The notes under the pieces were generated by a model that did no database searches, was not told the origin of the DNA, and was given only the letters and a program-made list of their open reading frames with translations. A stretch of 64,000 nucleotides of DNA, from the NCBI GenBank assembly GCA_965250285.1, contig OZ252299.1, positions 4,416,001 to 4,480,000 on the forward strand, read 5' to 3'. The translations under genes were made by a program, and so were the position numbers. Below, one piece after another: positions 59,385 to 64,000 of this stretch (position 1 is its first letter; each line of letters begins with the position of its first letter). This DNA comes from Myxococcota bacterium. Lineage in GTDB: Bacteria > Myxococcota_A > UBA9160 > UBA4427.

Positions 59385-60640
59385 GGGCGGGGCTCGGCCT
59401 GCTCGTCCGGCGCAGCTTGCGCGAGCATCTCTTCTCGAGCTGCATCACGATCGCATCGGTCGGCCTCGCCACCGGGCTGGTGCTCGCCGTGTTTGCGATT
59501 CAGGAGCAGAGCCTGCGCGCGTTCGCTGGGGGACCGCTCGGCTTCGACGCCGTGCTCGGCGCGCGGGGCAGTCAGCTACAGCTGGTGCTCAACGCCGTAT
59601 TCCATCTCGAGACGTCGCCGGGCAACATCCCGTGGACGCTCTACGAAGCCATCGAGCGCAATCCCCAGGTCGAACGCGCGATCCCCTACGCCGTCGGCGA
59701 CAACTACCAAGGCTTTCGCATCGTCGGGACGGTGCCGGCGCTGTTCGATGCGAAGGACGACGATGGCCGACCGCCGCTGCGCGTCGCGCCGGGCGGGCGG
59801 CTCTTCGATTCGGATCGGTCCGAGGCCGTCATCGGCGACCAGGTCGCGCGTGCGACCGGTCTCGGTCTCGGCGATCGCTTTCATCCCTATCACGGTCTCG
59901 TTTTCGACGAGGATGCGCGGCACGCCGAGGAGTACGTCGTCGCGGGTGTGCTCGAGTCGAGCAACACACCCGCAGATCGCGTCATCTGGATCCCGATCGA
60001 CGGGATCTACCGAATGGCTGGCCACGTGCTCAAGGGGAGTGGCGAAGTCTACGAGGCCGGCGCGCAGGCCGAGATCCCCGACGAGCACAAGGAGGTGAGC
60101 GCGGTCATGCTGAAGCTGTCCGCGCCGCAGGCCGGCTTCATGCTCGACCAGATGATCAACAAGCAGGGCAAGATCGCCACGCTCGCTTGGCCGATCGGCG
60201 GCGTGATGGTGGATCTCTTCGATAAGCTCGGCTGGGCGATTCGGGTGCTGGGCCTGGTGGCCTATCTCGTCGTGCTCGTCGCGGCCGGCTCGATCGTCGC
60301 GAGCATCGTCAACACCATGCAGGAGCGAAGCCGCGACTTCGCGGTGCTGCGCGCACTCGGTGCGCGTCGCTTCACGGTCTCAGCCGCGATCGTGGGCGAA
60401 GCGGCGAGCATCGGCGCCCTCGGCGCGCTGATCGGCTTCGCGGTGTATGCGGCGATCTTCGGCCTCGCGCGCGCGGTCGTGCGCACTGAGACCGGGGTCG
60501 TCCTCGACCCGTGGATGTGGCATCCGGTCTTCGTGATCGCACCCGCTGCGGTGATCGGGCTCGCAGCGGTCGCGGGCCTGATCCCCGCGCGACTCGCCTA
60601 CCGCACGGACGTCGCCACGCACCTGCTGCCGCCGAGCTGA
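59381..60640 (+). CDS. ABC permease (MacB/FtsX type)
   Basis: GARGSQLQLVLNAVFH, VGDNYQGFRIVGT, ER.RDFAVLRALGA, LIPA..AYR. Confidence 0.9.
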   Translation: MRAGLGLLVRRSLREHLFSSCITIASVGLATGLVLAVFAIQEQSLRAFAGGPLGFDAVLGARGSQLQLVLNAVFHLETSPGNIPWTLYEAIERNPQVERAIPYAVGDNYQGFRIVGTVPALFDAKDDDGRPPLRVAPGGRLFDSDRSEAVIGDQVARATGLGLGDRFHPYHGLVFDEDARHAEEYVVAGVLESSNTPADRVIWIPIDGIYRMAGHVLKGSGEVYEAGAQAEIPDEHKEVSAVMLKLSAPQAGFMLDQMINKQGKIATLAWPIGGVMVDLFDKLGWAIRVLGLVAYLVVLVAAGSIVASIVNTMQERSRDFAVLRALGARRFTVSAAIVGEAASIGALGALIGFAVYAAIFGLARAVVRTETGVVLDPWMWHPVFVIAPAAVIGLAAVAGLIPARLAYRTDVATHLLPPS

Positions 60641-60672
60641 AGCGGCGAGCGGGGGACGCGCGTGGCCGACGG

Positions 60673-61509
60673 CTAGAGCCGCTCGGCATGCCAGCGCAGG
60701 TGGTCCTCGATGAACGTGGCCATGAAGAAGTAGCTGTGGTCGTGGCCGGGCTGCCGACGCAGCTCGAGCGAGATGCCGGCCGAGCCGCATGCGGCTTCGA
60801 GCCGTTCGGGCATCAGCTGGTCTTGCAGAAAGCCATCTTCGAGGCCCTGATCGACGAGGATCTCGGGCACGCGCGCGCCGTCTTCGATCAGAGCGCAGGC
60901 ATCGTACGCCCGCCATGCGCCGCGGTCGCTGCCGAGATAGTGCCCGAGCGCCTTCTGGCCCCAGGGACAGTGGCTCGGCGCGCAGATCGGTGCGAACGCA
61001 GACACCGAACGGAACGCGCCGGGGTTTCGAAGCGCCAGCGTGAGCGCCCCGTGCCCGCCCATCGAGTGACCGCTGATGCCGATCCGACCGTCGGCGACCG
61101 GCAGCTCGGCGACCGCGAGCGCGCGCAGCTCGTGCTCGACATAGCTGCGCATGCGGTAGTGGCGTGACCAGGGCGCCTCGGTCGCGTCGACGTAGAAGCC
61201 GGCCCCGAGGCCGAAATCCCAGGCGCCCTCTGGATCATCGGGCACGCCATCGCCTCGCGGCGACGTGTCGGGCGCCAGGATCACGAGGCCGAGCTCGCTG
61301 GCCACGCGCTGTGCCCCGGCCTTCACGGTGAAGTTCTCTTCGGTACAGGTGAGCCCCGAAAGCCAGAGCAGCGTCGGCGCCGGGGCGTCGAGACCATCGG
61401 GCACGTAGGCCGCGAAGCGCATTCGGCACCCGAGCGTCTCGGCGTCGTGCGAGTAGACGAACTGCGTGCCGCCAAAGCAGCGATTCGTGGATTCGGTGGT
61501 GATCGGCAT
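60673..61509 (-). CDS. fghA: S-formylglutathione hydrolase
   Basis: WLSGLTC, GAGFYVDAT, GHSMGGHGA, HSYFF. Confidence 0.95.
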   Translation of the reverse strand: MPITTESTNRCFGGTQFVYSHDAETLGCRMRFAAYVPDGLDAPAPTLLWLSGLTCTEENFTVKAGAQRVASELGLVILAPDTSPRGDGVPDDPEGAWDFGLGAGFYVDATEAPWSRHYRMRSYVEHELRALAVAELPVADGRIGISGHSMGGHGALTLALRNPGAFRSVSAFAPICAPSHCPWGQKALGHYLGSDRGAWRAYDACALIEDGARVPEILVDQGLEDGFLQDQLMPERLEAACGSAGISLELRRQPGHDHSYFFMATFIEDHLRWHAERL

Positions 61510-61771
61510 GGGCGCAGTGTAGGAGACGTCGCCTCGCTGACGAGAGACGATGCACGAGTCGGCGCCGACGGCTGAAGCGCGGGCCGTGTGCGTCGCGCAC
61601 TCACGACCCGAGGGGCGGCGGGCGAGACGCAGAAGCGCGCTCAAACACGTGACGGCAGAGGATGACATCGACCGACGCGCCGGGGTGTCCGCACACAATG
61701 TGTGACGAGATCATGACCTCGCCCTCGCCATCCCTTCAATCGACACGCGTCGGGCTTCTATAATCGACCGA

Positions 61772-64000
61772 ATGTGGCGCATCGGTCCGTATCGACTCGA
61801 CCCATCGACGTTCACGCTCGACCGAGACGGCGAGCCGATCGCGCTGCAGCGTCGCCCCTACGATCTCCTCTTGTATCTCGTTGCCCACAGCGACCGAGTC
61901 GTCTCGCGCGACGAGCTGTTGCGAGAGGTGTGGGGTGGCATATCGGTCGCTTCGGGCGCGGTGAGCACGGCCGTGTACGAGGTTCGAGCCGCGCTCGGCG
62001 ATCTCGAGCGACCGCGCGACGAACGCTTGATCGAGACGATCCGCGGGCGGGGCTTCCGTTTTCGCGGATCGGGTCAGGTGACCGAGGCAGACCGACCGAA
62101 CCACGACGCCCTGCCCTTCATTGGCCGCGGTCGAGTGCTCGATCGCTTGCGTACGCGGCTCGAAGCCGCGCGACGCGGTCGCGGCGGCGCCCTCGTGGTC
62201 GAGGGGCGCGCCGGGATCGGCAAGACCCGCGTCCTCCAGGAGCTCGTCGGAGAGTTGAGCGGCTTCGCGATCGAGACGGTGCACTGCGAGCCCGGTGCGC
62301 CTCCGCTCTGGCCTTGGACGCAGCTGCGGCAATCGCTCGGACACGCCGACGCCGTCGCATCGCCCGTCGAGCTCGACGAGGCAGAAGACGACGCCCGCCT
62401 GCACTTCGAGCGCATCGGGCGCTACGCGGAGCTGCTCGGCGAGGCGTCGCTCGCGCATCCCGTCGTCGTCCTGATCGAGGATCTTCACTGGGCCGATCCA
62501 TCTTCGCGTGCCGTCCTCGAATCGCTCGCACCGCGCCTCTCAAATGAGCGCGTGCAGATCATCGCGACCGAGCGAAGCGAAGGCGACCGCGAGCCCGAGG
62601 GCGAGCGCGTCGGATCGAGTCGGGTGGAGCGGGTTCGTTTGAGCGCACTTCGAACGACGCAGCTCTACCCCTTCATCGAGTCGATCCTAGGAAGAATCCC
62701 GTCGCCCGAGCTCGTCGGATGGATCGAGCGCCACAGCCAGGGCATTCCACTGATGGTCCGCGAGCTCGCCGAGCGCGTCTCGATCGAAGGCGAGTCATTG
62801 ATCGATGTGCCTCGAATCGCCGGGCTCGTCTTCGCCCATCGTTTCGATCGGCTCGACGCGACCTCTCGACTGGCGATCGGGGTCGCGTCGCTCTGCGGGA
62901 TCCGGTTCGACGCGCCGCTGGTCGAAGCCGCCGCGGGCGATGCCCTCCCCGCCGATCGTGTGTGGATTCGCGAGGGCCTGCAGTCGGGCATCCTCGTCCA
63001 CGTCACGGGACATCCGCTGCGCTTCGCGTTTCGTCATGCGCTGCTGAGGGACGCGGCCGAGAGCATGCTCGAAGCGACATCGGTGTCGGGCTGGCATCGG
63101 CGGCTGGCGTCGGCGATCGAGCGAGGGAGGCCCGAGCCGGTCGGATCGACGCTGTCGCAACTCGCCCGCCACTCAGCCGCCGCGGCCGTCGAGCAGGCCG
63201 ATGTGAGCGGCCCGCTCCACTACGCTCTGCTCGCGGCGCAACGCGCTGCCCGTGTGTTCGAGTGGGCCGAGGTCGCGACCCACACGGCTCACGCACTGAG
63301 CTGGATCGAGTATGCCCCCCCTGGCCTCGATCGCGATCGCCAGGAGATCGAAGCAGCGCTCCTGCGCTGCGCAGCGATCGCTTCGTCCACCGGCCACGTC
63401 GAAGAGACCGCCGCGTTGCTCGAGCGAATCGACCCCCTCCTGCCACGATGCGGCGCCCCGTGGGCGCGCGGCGCGGCGGAGGCGTTCCAGTTCTCGAACG
63501 CGAGATGCGTCGGTGACTACGATCGCGCCTGGCAAGCCATCGAGGTGATCGAGCTTCAGCCCGAGCTCGCACGGGTCGCCGACTGTTGGCGACGCACGCT
63601 CACCGTCGCGACGGGCGACTTCTCTCCGTCGGCCGACGACGCGGACTGGGGCGCACGCCTGCCGCTCGACCCCGAGTTCCACGCGTTCGCTCGGCTCTCG
63701 GGGCGAGATCCCGGGATCGACCGATTGGGGCACGTCGCGCTCGCACACTTCGCGCGCGGCGAAGATGCGCGGGCCGTCGCCTGCGCCGAGCGTGCGGTGG
63801 CCTGGGCCGATGCGAGCGGCGACGCCCGCGGACGCATCTGGGCGCTCTTCCTCTTGTGCACGGTGCACGAGATGCGTCGCGACTGGGGCGAGCTTCGACG
63901 CCTCGCGCCCGAGATCGATCAGGCGGGCCGACGGACCGGGCTGAGCGCCTGGCTCGGCGTGGGGGCCGGGTTTCGGCTCTGGGCCGAGGCACGCGAGAAG
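61772..64000 (+). CDS. Winged-helix + AAA (STAND) ATPase + TPR regulator, runs off window end
   Basis: Not in ORF track (no stop in window): MWRIGPYRLD..IETIRGRGFRF wHTH, FIGR, GRAGIGKT Walker A, LIEDLHWAD Walker B, GIP. Confidence 0.88.
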   Translation, partial: MWRIGPYRLDPSTFTLDRDGEPIALQRRPYDLLLYLVAHSDRVVSRDELLREVWGGISVASGAVSTAVYEVRAALGDLERPRDERLIETIRGRGFRFRGSGQVTEADRPNHDALPFIGRGRVLDRLRTRLEAARRGRGGALVVEGRAGIGKTRVLQELVGELSGFAIETVHCEPGAPPLWPWTQLRQSLGHADAVASPVELDEAEDDARLHFERIGRYAELLGEASLAHPVVVLIEDLHWADPSSRAVLESLAPRLSNERVQIIATERSEGDREPEGERVGSSRVERVRLSALRTTQLYPFIESILGRIPSPELVGWIERHSQGIPLMVRELAERVSIEGESLIDVPRIAGLVFAHRFDRLDATSRLAIGVASLCGIRFDAPLVEAAAGDALPADRVWIREGLQSGILVHVTGHPLRFAFRHALLRDAAESMLEATSVSGWHRRLASAIERGRPEPVGSTLSQLARHSAAAAVEQADVSGPLHYALLAAQRAARVFEWAEVATHTAHALSWIEYAPPGLDRDRQEIEAALLRCAAIASSTGHVEETAALLERIDPLLPRCGAPWARGAAEAFQFSNARCVGDYDRAWQAIEVIELQPELARVADCWRRTLTVATGDFSPSADDADWGARLPLDPEFHAFARLSGRDPGIDRLGHVALAHFARGEDARAVACAERAVAWADASGDARGRIWALFLLCTVHEMRRDWGELRRLAPEIDQAGRRTGLSAWLGVGAGFRLWAEAREK

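Noticed and set aside
61772..64000. Avs-type antiphage STAND system
   Set aside because: The N-terminal domain is an OmpR-type DNA-binding wHTH rather than a nuclease or other effector, and there is no defence-island context

Overview
GC-rich bacterial chromosomal window, probably from a Gram-negative organism (secretin, PEP-CTERM and IPTL-CTERM sorting signals, lipoproteins); a Myxococcota-like origin is inference only. It carries the 3' part of a Tad/Flp pilus locus (1-7412), lipid/aromatic catabolic genes (CoA-transferase, P450, acyl-CoA ligase, LLM/Ddn/GST/GMC operon, sulfatase/TauD), redox genes (ahpC, a katG relic), fumC and phoX. Two metal/zinc-homeostasis neighbourhoods are present: merC + degenerate COG0523 + flavoprotein, and intact COG0523 + degenerate COG0523 + a Zrg-like ABC/DUF3299 operon. 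There are also two winged-helix/STAND-type regulators. Strongest unusual signals: (i) a probable selenoprotein split by the ORF track at an in-frame UGA (W-U-P-P-C, followed by a SECIS-like hairpin); (ii) one ORF that appears to encode two exported proteins joined by an internal PEP-CTERM signal and a second signal peptide, preceded by 11-bp-phased CTCAG repeats and an ATPase-less STAND regulator; (iii) two paralogous COG0523 pseudo-GTPases; (iv) tandem MENTHP lipoprotein paralogs sharing upstream palindromic boxes. No rRNA, tRNA, CRISPR array or intact mobile element was recognised. All family calls are from motif recognition by eye, not database searches.
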